Of a DNA stretch of 64,000 bases, positions 25,122-36,503 are shown piece after piece (positions within the stretch are counted from its first letter, which is position 1; every line of letters begins with the position of its first letter). The translations under genes were made by a program, and so were the position numbers. The DNA lies in contig NGBS01000616.1 in the NCBI GenBank assembly GCA_002245135.1, forward strand, positions 1 through 64,000. Direction: 5' to 3'. Under the pieces are notes generated by a model. That model made no database searches. It saw nothing but the letters and a program-made list of their open reading frames with translations, and was not told the origin of the DNA. Source of the stretch: Proteromonas lacertae (Eukaryota).

Positions 25122-26910
25122 TTACTTTCTAAGCTTTTCTAGTGTTTCTTCATCTACTATTTCCTCTGAAATAATTGGCTTCCATTTCTTTACCTACTCC
25201 ACATTTACAAACTATTGGTACATTCTTCTGTACACTCTTCGTAAAAACTTCATCTATACAAGCCTGAACATATAAAATGTTCACCACACTATTATATATA
25301 AATATTAAAATATACAGTAAGAATCTTATTGTTTATTCCACATTCTTCTAATCCTTTTACTTCATTACCACAATAATAGCATTGATCACCTTTATTTGGT
25401 TTTCTAACATGAACTTCTGGTTCTGTTTTTCTATCATGTGATTCTGATTTTGGTTGTTCTTTACTCTTTTTATTATTATTATTCCTTAAGTGTTTCACTT
25501 CATCATCTGAAGAATTAGAATCTGAAGAACTTTTATCAGACTCAGATCTGAATCTGAATCTGATGATGATGATGATGAACGTTTATGTTTACTCTTATCC
25601 TTCTTTTTCTTATCTTTATTCTTCTTATTTTTGTTCTTATGTATGACATTCTTTGGTTGTGCAACTGCTGGTTGAAGATTGGGTTGTCCAGTATGATTAT
25701 AACCTTCAGGAATTGGGAATTGTAATTGCTGTTGTGGATACTGTTGATTAGCAAATAAATTTGGATATTGTTGTTGAGGTTGTGGTTGAGGAGGAGGTTG
25801 ATATTGTTGTGGTTGTTGTGAGGAGGTTGATATTGTGGTTGTGGTGGTTGTGGTGGTGGATATTGTTGTTGTTGTTGTTGTTGTTGAGGTTGTAATTCTT
25901 GAGGTGGTGGATATTGTTGTGGTTGTTGTTGCTGTGGTTGATATTGTTGTTGTAATCCTTGAGGAGGTTGGTATTGTTGTGGCTGAGGTGGTGGGTATTG
26001 TTGTTGTTGCTGTTGTTGTTGAGGATGTAATCCTTGAGGAGGTTGATATTGTTGTTGCTGCTGTGCAAATGCTTGAGGAGGAGGTGGTGGTTCATATACA
26101 GAAGGTTGTTCTTGTGAATAAGGTGAATTATTATTTACTATAGGTTGTTGAACTGCAGTACATCTTGCATTTCTCCATGTATTGTCATCAACACCAGAAC
26201 TTTTCTTTGGAAGTTTTTTAGGTGCTATAAGTTTGAAACGAATTATTCTTTGATATTATCTGTGGAGCTGTTTGTGGAGCTATAGAAAACGTTGTAGTAG
26301 ATGTTCCACTTTTATGATTCTTTGGTCTAATTTGTTTAAATTGTTGAACAGGAGGTTGTTGTAACGGTTGTTGTTGAACAAGAGGTTGTTGTAGTGGCTG
26401 TTGTTGAACAGGAGGTTGTTGTTGAACAGGAGGTTGTTGTAATGGTTGTTGTGGATATTGTTGTTGATAAAGAGGTGATTGTGAAGTATAATTATTGGCT
26501 TGACTGTATTGCTGTGGATGACAATTTGGTATTTGTTGGTGGTTAACATCACCTTGCTGATATGGCTGTTCTTGGTTAAGTTGTTGTTCACCATTAGTGT
26601 TATTACTTTGTTCATACTGTACTTGCTGATATTGATATTGTTGATATTGTTGTTCCATGTATTGCTGTTGATTAACATTAACATTGTATATATCAGAATT
26701 TTGAGGAGCTGCAGCTACTAAATTCTGATTTGTATTTTCAGCTATGCTTTGTGGTAATGGAGGTTGATGTTGAGAAGTAATAGAATTTATGTCATAAGGA
26801 GTATGTGCATAATCCTTAAATTCATAGGAATAGTTACTATAACCTTCATTATTGATAGCATATTGATTATTGTCTTGATACATACAATTATTTTGATCCG
26901 ATGGCTGCAT
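25122..26910 (-). CDS. Q/P-rich repeat protein with Ser/Asp-rich linker and C-terminal RING variant; multiple frameshifts
   Basis: Start MQPSDQNN at 26910; QYPPPQPQQ/PPQGLQ repeats. CYYC-x18-[intron]-CGEHFICSxC-x16-CKC after a 1-nt correction; the intron is at the same position as in the other two RING genes. Confidence 0.6.
25770..26060. repeat. Coding tandem repeats (caatatccaccacc.../cctcctcaaggattaca on the minus strand) encoding QY(P/Q)PPQ and PPQGLQ units
   Basis: Units such as gaggaggttgatattgttgt and ggtggatattgttg recur about 7 times on the + strand. Confidence 0.85.
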
Positions 26911-27092
26911 TTCTTCTTGAAAATTAAAAAGATTAAAAAAAGTAATTTTTGGGTGTATGGAAAAACTGCAAAACCTGTTTTTACACAAGCGATATTTACA
27001 TAATAATGATAATTAAAAAATAAATGTTTATACATAACCCATAAGCACAAAAAAAATCATGATAAAATGGTTAAGTATTCTTTTTCTAGAAT

Positions 27093-30000
27093 TTAATCAG
27101 AATTTGCACCTTCCTTTGTTCTACAATATGGACAAGATCCACTTTGCAAATAAGCAAACTCATAACTTTCTTCATGGAAAAAATGATTGCACTTTGAGCA
27201 TAACACTATTGGAACATCAGAAATCATATTTTTAAAATATTGATTCTTTAAACCAGGTGTATTCCATTTAACTATAAACACTTCATTAGGTTTTAATGAT
27301 TCTAATATCTCACGGTTTACTGGTAATGGACTATAACTAGATATACCAGCTTCATTATCAACAGATGATAATAATTGAGTGAATTTGTCATTATCTTCAT
27401 CTTCTAAATTCAAAGTATTTGCACCACTTCCACTATTATTATTACCACTTTGTTCAGGATCAATATCAATTAATCTGCATGCTTCTTCATCTGTAATATC
27501 AGATTCAGGTACAAATTCAACTAATGGAATAAGATCAAATGATACAAATGATCTGTAGAATGGATGGCCACAATTACTGCAGATATCACCAACTTTACCA
27601 TTCATATTGATCAATGTATTGGTTGTATTACATCTATAACAGATTGGTAATAAATCTTCATCATCTACATATGGTTTTGATTGGATAGTTAACAAACCAA
27701 GTTCGACTTTAGATTGCCATATTTTTGGTATTTTTAATAATGTTAATTTATCATAAGCATATCTTGCTAGTTTATATGCTTTTAATTCTGTTCCTAATTT
27801 AGCCATTGTGTGTAAAATATTCACTCTTGAAGTACCAAATGGTTGAGCATCTTGAATCTCATTGATTAAGAATCTTGTCACATTCAGTAAATTATCAGAA
27901 CTACAAGTAGTAAATGGATCTTCAATATATCGATGTATAAACTGATAGGCATAATATAAATCAGCTAATTGTCTATACTTCTTCCAATTATCATAACTTT
28001 CTTTAGATTTATTATCACTCTTAAAATCTGAACTTACAATTCCTTTACGATATTCTTCAGATAATAAGAAAAAATAATAACCAGCATCTTTATATCGATG
28101 TTCTAATATAGCACATTGAGTTAATGCTTCTAACATTCTTATTGATTCTTCTGGTTTACCTGCTTTTATATAAGCAGCTTGAGCTTCATCAAACCTATCA
28201 TTTTCAACCAACCATTTTGCATATGGTAAGAATACTTCTTGACTGAACTGTCCTTCATTTTCATTGGCTAATATAAAAGCTTGATCCCATTCTTGTTTCT
28301 TAATATGTATTTTCATCATCATATTAATATCAGCTAATTTACTATATATTTCAAAGGCATAATCATCATTATGATTTGTTTCAAAGTAGTTAGCACATAC
28401 CATCAATAATTCTCTATTACTTTTAGGTATTTGTCTTGCTACTTCTATTAATTCACTCATACAATTATGACTTCCTAATAATTCAACTGCTTTTTGATAA
28501 TTACCAGCGGCTGTATGCATTTCGGCAGATGCTTTCCAATCGCCCACTTCTTCAGCCCATTCTGCTTGATGTTTGACTAATTCAGTTACATCACTACCAG
28601 AATTATCTTTGAATTTACTAGCAAACTTTCTAGCTTCATCCCACTTTCTTAAATCACTAAACATTTGTATTGCTTTATCAACATGATTTGCTTTGCATAA
28701 TAACTTTGCAGAATCATGGAATCTGCTTTGATATGCTAATACTTCAGCTTCAAATAATACTTGATCAGCATTACCTGTCTTAATATCAGTTTCAAATCGA
28801 TTTAATAAATCTAAGAATCTTACATCATGTAATCTAATAAATGCCATTCTGGCAGTCTTTAATTCCATTTTCTTTAACGCAGTCATAGCTAATAACTTCC
28901 AATCACTATCAGTAACACCTAAACATGCGATTTTATAAGCCATTTCAAAGTTATTGGCTTCTAAATATCTATACAATGAAGCACTCTGTGGAACATCAAT
29001 TGTTTGCATAGATATAAAGTGTAAACAGAATATTTTTGATCCTTTAAATCCTACAACAAATCCTAACATTTTCTGTTGATGTAATGGGAAATTATCTGTC
29101 TTTATACTTAATACACCATCACCACTGAAACATAACATATTCTCATAATCACTATTCCATGCTACACTATTAGCATTCTTCTCTTGAAATAATAATTCCT
29201 TTGTATTTAAATCATATACTAAACAATCATTATTTTCATCAATCACTGCTAATTTTTGACGGTTGGCACTTAAATCTAGACATCGAATACTTGTCTTTTG
29301 TTGTATTAATGAAATAGGGAATGGATTATTCACATATATTTTCAATACAGATCCATTCTTCAAGCCAACTAACAAACCTTCTTCGCTTGGAGGTCCACCT
29401 ATTACTTTAATATATCTAATAACACTTTCTAATACCCATTCTCTTTGTTTAACACCTTCAAAGTTAAATAACTGCAATTTTTTTTCTAAACATAATATTA
29501 AATGTTCTGAAGTTACAACTAATAAGTTACAGTCTAACTTTCCTTTAAATCTACTTAATGGCTTATAATTCATATCAGAATTCTCATCATTTGCTAATTG
29601 ATAAATAATCACTTTATCAGATAACTGAACAGCTATTCTACTTCTATAAACGGCTATTTTTTTAACATAATCTTTACATTGTATTCTGACTTTATGATCA
29701 TTTATTAGGTTTTGAACAATAACGTCTGTCATTTCATCCCTATATGCGTATCTATCTTGGTATAAACCATGTACTGTACTAAACACTATCTGATTAACCG
29801 CAATATTTCCATGATTTGATCCTGAAACGATTAGATTCTGATTCCAATGAGCATCTACTGACCAAACCCAGGAATCAAGCTCACATACTTCGTTTAATTT
29901 TACACCATCTTTTGTCCATAAAAATACTTTATGATCGCTTGTACTAACTACTAAATAATCACCATATGGATGATATCTCACACATAATGGAAATGAATCT

Positions 30001-30733
30001 AATTGTTTATCTTTACCTATCTTCTGACCTGTTACTGTATAAAATGATAATGTTCTATCCCAGCAACCTACAGCAATTATATCATCTCTTCTATCTGGGG
30101 ATGGATTCCATGATAAACTCCATATTGGTTGCTTACGATCAATATAATGCTTTTCATTACCACCACGATCTCTTATACTGATATGTCCATCAAACATACC
30201 TAATGCTAACAGTTGTCCATCTGGAGTCCAACAACAACTTAATATCTTTGAGGGTACTTTATGTTTTTGGACTGCTTTCTCTTCGGGAGACCATAAACCA
30301 AAATCTGACTCTGTGGCTGAAGCTAATTGAAGTGTCACTGGATTATAACTCAAACATTGAATAGGATCATTGTGACGATATTTTAAAATACCTTCACCTT
30401 TGTCAGTCCAAATAATTACAGTATTATCTGCACCTCCTGATGCGAAACGCTTACCATCTTTTGCATAATCAACAGCATATACAGCTTCTTTGTGTCCTAT
30501 CAATATTACACACAATTATAAAAAAAAATACCAGGAAGAGAATGTAACAATTCCCCAGATGCTGAATCGTAAACTAATACTCTATTTGAAACAGCTACAA
30601 CCAATTCACTTCCATCTATTCAAGTATATTATTTATCAATAATACCAGGCTTAAAAACAACACTCCATATTATTGACGGTGGAGTATTATCATTATCTGG
30701 TATTTGATCACTCCATACTAATAATGACCTCAT
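27093..30733 (-). CDS. IFT122: Intraflagellar transport protein 122 (IFT-A)
   Basis: N-terminal WD40s (GHKEAVYAVDYAKDGKRFASGGADNTVIIWT), FSTVHGLYQDRYAYRDEMTDVIVQ, AYKIACLGVTDSDW, TPR-like region, C-terminal CYRC/CSNC and CPYCR zinc ribbons. Two small 5' exons start at ATG 30733. Confidence 0.97.
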
Positions 30734-30937
30734 TTATTACCAATACTAGAGTAACTGAAATTTAAAAGATTAAATCAAGCAAAGCTTGAATTCAAAAATA
30801 TTCAAATCAAGTTTTTAATGTGGTTATTCAAAAATAGTTTCAATAACCAAATTCATTTATTCGTTTCAAAATACAAAAAACAAAAAATAATGAATAAAAT
30901 ATGTTATATTAAAATATGAATAATAGATGTAACTGTC

Positions 30938-33900
30938 TTAGTTAATTTCATTTCTACACAACTCTTCATTCTTGACTTTTTCATCACACCATTTCTTTCC
31001 TGCATATGGATAACTAATACAAATTCCAGGAATACAACAACTGAAGAATGATTTAAGTCCTTTTCCTAGCAAATTCTTTTTTATATTTTCATCTAATTGA
31101 TTAAACTGTTTCATATCTTCAACCTTTTTCCTATAAAATGGAAGCTTATTAATCATATCCCAATATTGTTTATAATAGGTGTTATAGTTTTTAATTATTA
31201 ATTCACAATCAGTCTGACAGGTATTACAGAATTGGGATAAAGCATAATGGAATTTTTGTACAAATTCCATTTCTTCAGGAATATTTAAAAATATAAACTT
31301 ATATTTTGATTTCATGTTATTCAATTGTTTTTTAATATTTCTGTACAATTTCCAATTCAGATTACCATGTTTACCATATTTTAATCTATCATAATCGTTG
31401 TGATATTTTGTATTGTATATAACATAGTCTTGAAATGTATAATGAGAATTAGACTCTTTTATAATATCAGAATAAAGAATTTGAATTGGTGAAGGGTGAT
31501 ACAATCTAAGAATTTCATATTTCCATAATAACAAATTCTTCACTATTCTATACATCGATTCTGCATTACTAACTTCTACTATTATATTTGATTCTTCTTT
31601 CTTTACTTCCACTTTTTCTTCTTTCTTTTCTTTATCAGGCATTGGAATATTTGTTTCTAATTGTGGAACATCAGGGATTGAATCTGGAATATTATTATCA
31701 TCAACATTACTATCTTTTGTTTCTCCTGTTGTTGTTTCTTCTGCATTTGTAGTTGGTGTTGTTATTACTTCTACTGATGTTAATTCTTCATCTGGTTTTG
31801 ATGTTTTATCATCTTCTTTTATTGATTTTGTTGATTCACATACTGGTAATTCTATCTCTTTCTTTGATTCTTCTACAGTTAATCTACTTTTTGATTTTAT
31901 TACTATCATTGTTGTTGGAATTGGAGCTACTTTGGCAGATTTATTTCTCCTTATACTTTTAGATTTACTTTCAGATTCTGCTTCTTCTAATGGAAGAGGA
32001 GGAATATCTAACAATTTATCCTGCATTAAACAGACTTGTTTTGAGCCACTTGGAGAATTGATTAATTCCTTTGATAAATCTATTGATTTTATCATTATAT
32101 TTATGTTTGTAATTGTTTCCCTATCATAATTAATATGAATGTTAATTTCATTAATAGTTAATTGACACTGATATATTAAATGACCATAATATTTATCTTC
32201 TTTGTATCTGTTGCAATGTGATATGTGCTGTTGAATCTCATCTCGATACTTGAATAACTGTGTTTCAAATACTTTTCCTTTACTGATTAAATCGTTCAAC
32301 TGATTTTTTAAATAATCTAATCTTTCATTTGACTTTGTTATTTCATTCTTTGTTTTAACACTTATTTCATTGAATGGATTATCAGGAACACAGGTTTTCA
32401 TTATGTTTAATAACAATGGATAAATTGATAAACATTCATTTCTATATCCTTCTAATATCAACTGCTGTTTGTGTTTATACATTGGTAATAAATTACATTC
32501 TAAATCTATTATTTCCTTTCCCAGTAAAGTATCATATTTTCTTTGAATTTGTGTATCCAATTCTCTTATTTCTTGATATCTTTTCAATCCAAAACATAAT
32601 GGATCAATCACTGTATTCTCAATATTAGCATTTATAGGAGAATAATATTCAGTCTCAATCAAATATATGAAATTTTGTAAAATGTTCATGTAATTGTTAA
32701 TAGGATGTTTTTCTTCATCTTTTATAAATTCATCAATTTTTCCATTCTCTTTTTCAAATGCTTCCATCGTGCTATTGAACAACTTCTCAATCTTTTCATA
32801 TTTCACACTTTTACTATTTAACACATCAGATACTTTGTTAATTATATCTTCTATCTTTTGGGGATATTTCTCCATATTTTGTTTAGCATATTTGAAAAAA
32901 TCATCCACCTGAGAAATAATATCTACTCTTTTATTTGCTAGATTTTGATGGTAATTATAATTGATATCATATCCACTAACTCCAATAGATTCAATTCTTT
33001 CTTCGCCAATATCAGGTTCTTCACTTTTACTTCTTCGGTTTTGATCTTCTGCATCTTCAAGAAGATATTCTGCCATTTTTATCATCACTGGTCTTTTCAG
33101 TCTGGGATTAGCTCTGTCGTCTTGTTTTATCACACAAAATCTATTTGCTAAAGCTCTCCATCCTTCTTTACAACCATTCTCACTCTTCATTTCTTTTGCT
33201 GCTATTTCTTCTTTGACCAAATATATATACTGTTTTCTTGATAATTCTGTTATTAATTCCACTTCACTTAATATTTCTTTTTCTGTTTCTTCTTTTCCTT
33301 CTATATTCGCATCATTTTTCAACAGCTCTCTATAACTGTTAATAATACATTGAAATGATTCTAATCTCTTACTGTGAAATTCATGTTCAGATAAAGCTGC
33401 ATAGTAATGAGTCTTTTCATAATCACAACGTTCTAAATATTCTATAGCCATTTTCACATGTTTTAACTTATTCTTCTTATCTTCTAATACATCTTCAGCT
33501 TCTTTAACTTCAGAAATTCTCTGTTGCCATTTCTTATAAAGTATATCACTGTTTCCATTGATTACTTCCCTCTTGTATGATTCAGCACTATATAACGCAG
33601 CATCTGCTTTTGAAAGATATTTTACTGATTTTGATATATTACCTTCATATTTTGATTTACTTATATTTTCATCTGCCTTTTTCAATTGTTTTTCGTAATT
33701 TTCTTTGGCTTTTCTCTCTTTCTCTAACTGAACACTGTATGCTTCATATGCTTTCTGTTCTGCTTCATGTGCCCTGTTTAAATCAGCTTGGGCTTTCTTA
33801 ACTCTGTTTTCTAATGGGCCAATGGCATTATTACAGTCATATTCGATTTTCTTCAAATCTTTAAACAACTCATTCACTTCTGGCTCTTGCTTTTGGACAA

Positions 33901-33967
33901 AAGCTAATTCATTCTCTTTACTGAACTCTACTCTGTAGATTTGAAGCTGGTAATCGATGTCTTGCAT
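30938..33967 (-). CDS. Uncharacterised ~1,000-aa coiled-coil protein with Cys-containing C-terminal tail; member of a locally duplicated family
   Basis: Uninterrupted 3-kb ORF with a K/E-rich heptad N-terminal half and an acidic linker. The C-terminus SCCIPGIC..YPYAGKKWCDEKVKNEELCRNEIN is shared with ORF 63579-63968. Confidence 0.75.
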   Translation of the reverse strand: MQDIDYQLQIYRVEFSKENELAFVQKQEPEVNELFKDLKKIEYDCNNAIGPLENRVKKAQADLNRAHEAEQKAYEAYSVQLEKERKAKENYEKQLKKADENISKSKYEGNISKSVKYLSKADAALYSAESYKREVINGNSDILYKKWQQRISEVKEAEDVLEDKKNKLKHVKMAIEYLERCDYEKTHYYAALSEHEFHSKRLESFQCIINSYRELLKNDANIEGKEETEKEILSEVELITELSRKQYIYLVKEEIAAKEMKSENGCKEGWRALANRFCVIKQDDRANPRLKRPVMIKMAEYLLEDAEDQNRRSKSEEPDIGEERIESIGVSGYDINYNYHQNLANKRVDIISQVDDFFKYAKQNMEKYPQKIEDIINKVSDVLNSKSVKYEKIEKLFNSTMEAFEKENGKIDEFIKDEEKHPINNYMNILQNFIYLIETEYYSPINANIENTVIDPLCFGLKRYQEIRELDTQIQRKYDTLLGKEIIDLECNLLPMYKHKQQLILEGYRNECLSIYPLLLNIMKTCVPDNPFNEISVKTKNEITKSNERLDYLKNQLNDLISKGKVFETQLFKYRDEIQQHISHCNRYKEDKYYGHLIYQCQLTINEINIHINYDRETITNINIMIKSIDLSKELINSPSGSKQVCLMQDKLLDIPPLPLEEAESESKSKSIRRNKSAKVAPIPTTMIVIKSKSRLTVEESKKEIELPVCESTKSIKEDDKTSKPDEELTSVEVITTPTTNAEETTTGETKDSNVDDNNIPDSIPDVPQLETNIPMPDKEKKEEKVEVKKEESNIIVEVSNAESMYRIVKNLLLWKYEILRLYHPSPIQILYSDIIKESNSHYTFQDYVIYNTKYHNDYDRLKYGKHGNLNWKLYRNIKKQLNNMKSKYKFIFLNIPEEMEFVQKFHYALSQFCNTCQTDCELIIKNYNTYYKQYWDMINKLPFYRKKVEDMKQFNQLDENIKKNLLGKGLKSFFSCCIPGICISYPYAGKKWCDEKVKNEELCRNEIN

Positions 33968-34308
33968 TTCTAAATTCAAAAAAGTAACGTAAAATTTTAG
34001 TAAACTTTTTTTTTGCACTAATAATTCACTAAGAAATTTGAAAACATAAATTCTTGTTATTCTTGCTGTTTAGACAGTTTTGTTAATTTTTCATAATTCC
34101 AATGTGTTATACACCATATAAAAAACCACTTTACTTTCTGATTATCATCTTATTAACATTTATGTCATAATTACTGTAAAAGTGATATTATAAGTGTAAA
34201 ACATTGTTCACACATTTTTTTAACCCACTATAACCATTACATCTTTTAATATGGAAGTTTTATAAAAATTCAAATGTTTGATGATTGTTTGATTCATTTT
34301 TTCTAAAA

Positions 34309-36101
34309 ATGATTAATTTCTATTGTTATGATTATTATAATCTTCCAAATATTATTTATATCTTTACATCGATAGTGGTTGCGTATATAATTTATAAAAT
34401 TATGGATTATATCAATGGTTATCCTGATTATACACATTTACCTAAATATCACAACAAAGAAGTGTATGTAGTAAATAAATATAGTCTCAGCAAAAGTAAA
34501 GAAATACTAGAAGAATTGAATAATGAGTGTTTGATTGGTATTGACTGTGAGTGGGTGCCTAGTGTATATTAATGTAAATATATATATTCATATAGAAAAA
34601 TCCTAGTATTTCTATTATAGAAATATGTTCTTCCAACTCGATAATCATATTTCAAATGATTTCATTTCAAACACTCCCAAATGAATTAGAATTAATATTA
34701 AAAAATGAAAATATATTCAAAAGTGGTGTAGGTATTGAAAATGATTGTTCGTTAATCAATAAGAAATATGGAGTTGAAGTGAAAAGTATAGTTGATGTCG
34801 GTAAAATCCACAATTCCATATACAAACAAGGATTAAGAGGATTAGAGCATTTAGCAGAAGAATTATTAGATGTGAATAAACTGAAAATAGATATTGATCA
34901 TCATAAATGGAATAATAAAGTATTGACAAAAGATCAAATACAATATTTATGTGGTGATGCTTGGGCTTCTCGAGAGACAATAATATGTTTATTTAATTTG
35001 TATTTACTCTATGTAATATTGATGTTGTTAATAGATGTTATCCAGAAGAATACAATTTTGACAATATGAGGAAATTTGTATCTTTGCATTACAAACAAAA
35101 TATGAAATTAAAAAATAATATCAAAAATACTGATTCAAATAAATCCAATAATAAGAATAAAAAGAAGAAGGAGAAAACAACAGCAATAAGTGCAAGAAAA
35201 ACTCCTTTATATGAAAACTGTGAAGTGTATCATCCAGATGGTGAATTAATGTTTAAATGTCAAAAAAAGAAGTTTGATTGGTATCTTGAAAAAGGTTTAG
35301 CTGAAAAGATAAGCGATAATCCACCAAAAATCAGATTAACATTTAATCCTAAAGGTCATGGACAAGGTAAAGAATATTCGTTAGATAATAATGACAATAT
35401 ATGTTGTGTATGCGGTAAATCATATGAATATATTAGACATTCAATTGTCCCACATTTTTATAGACATTTTTTCCCTGACAATATGAAAAGTCATTATTCT
35501 CATGATGTATTACTTATGTGTGTATATAATAATATATATTTGATATTATATAATGATTTTACAGATTCCTTGTCATTTGAAATTGAATGAAGAAGACGTG
35601 AAATTTTCTAAACAAATACATGAAGAATATAATGTTTTGTTTGTAAATCAAGATAATTCTAGAGTAAAAATAGTCAAAGATGTATATAAAGCTGTTAAAG
35701 CTGCAAAAGCAATCTTGAAGAATAAAAATGGATCAATACCAGAGAATAAAATAAACTACTTAAAAGATGAGATAAAATCATTTTTAAACAAAGATGAAAT
35801 AACTGATGAAGATATTCAAAATGGTATAAAACATATTTCTTTATTATGTGTATAGTTTATAAGATGAATCCTAAAAAGGAAGTTAAAGATTATTGCCCAT
35901 CATCTTACCAAATTGTAAGCAAGATAATCCAACAAGAAGGAGATGAAGTATTTTCATATTTTCTTTAATATATCGTAGGGACTGACTAGATTCGTGAAAA
36001 GATGGAGGAAACATTTTTTGGATATAATGAATCCAAAGTATTTACCCGTATATTGGAAGGTAGATAACCCAGTAACTAATTATCATTTAAAAATTGACTA
36101 A
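34309..36101 (+). CDS. EXD2: Exonuclease 3'-5' domain-containing protein 2 (N-terminal TM, DEDDy exonuclease, HNH-like domain)
   Basis: IGIDCEW (ExoI), KSGVGIEND, W...LTKDQIQYLCGDAW; EXD2-specific LYENC...PDGELM..C..KK..WYL.KGLA, NICCVCG...RHSIVP..YR..FP..MKSH.SHDVLLMC; final exon WRKHFLDIMNPKYLP..W. Confidence 0.92.
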
Positions 36102-36503
36102 TAATGTTTGATCTTGTTTGATTTGATAATTCAATTATGTGAAAATAGTAGTAGTAGTATGTAAAGTGATTGAAGGTAAGTAGAAGATAAAACTTCACAT
36201 TAATGTCTTCTTTCAACTAAAAAACCATTTATATTATAAAACTATTTATCATCAAAGTATTCACTACATATAAATATATCGCAACATCATAGACTGTTGA
36301 AATTCAGAGATTGAAACATCATAAAACAATTCAATTTTCATCTAAAAATCTACTTTTTCTCTACAGATTCATAACATCTTGTGATTTTGATTTGATATAA
36401 CATAAATATAAACAATTATTAATACAGGAATTATGAAAACAAAACCAATACATAAGAAACAAATGAGAAATTAGCGAAAATGTAGATATAAAATAAACTA
36501 AAA

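Noticed and set aside
25835..26143. Poly-Val ORF and similar V/L-rich plus-strand ORFs (16716-17057, 60590-60943, 61130-61345)
   Set aside because: They are antisense readings of CAA/CCA/ACA-rich low-complexity codons of minus-strand genes.
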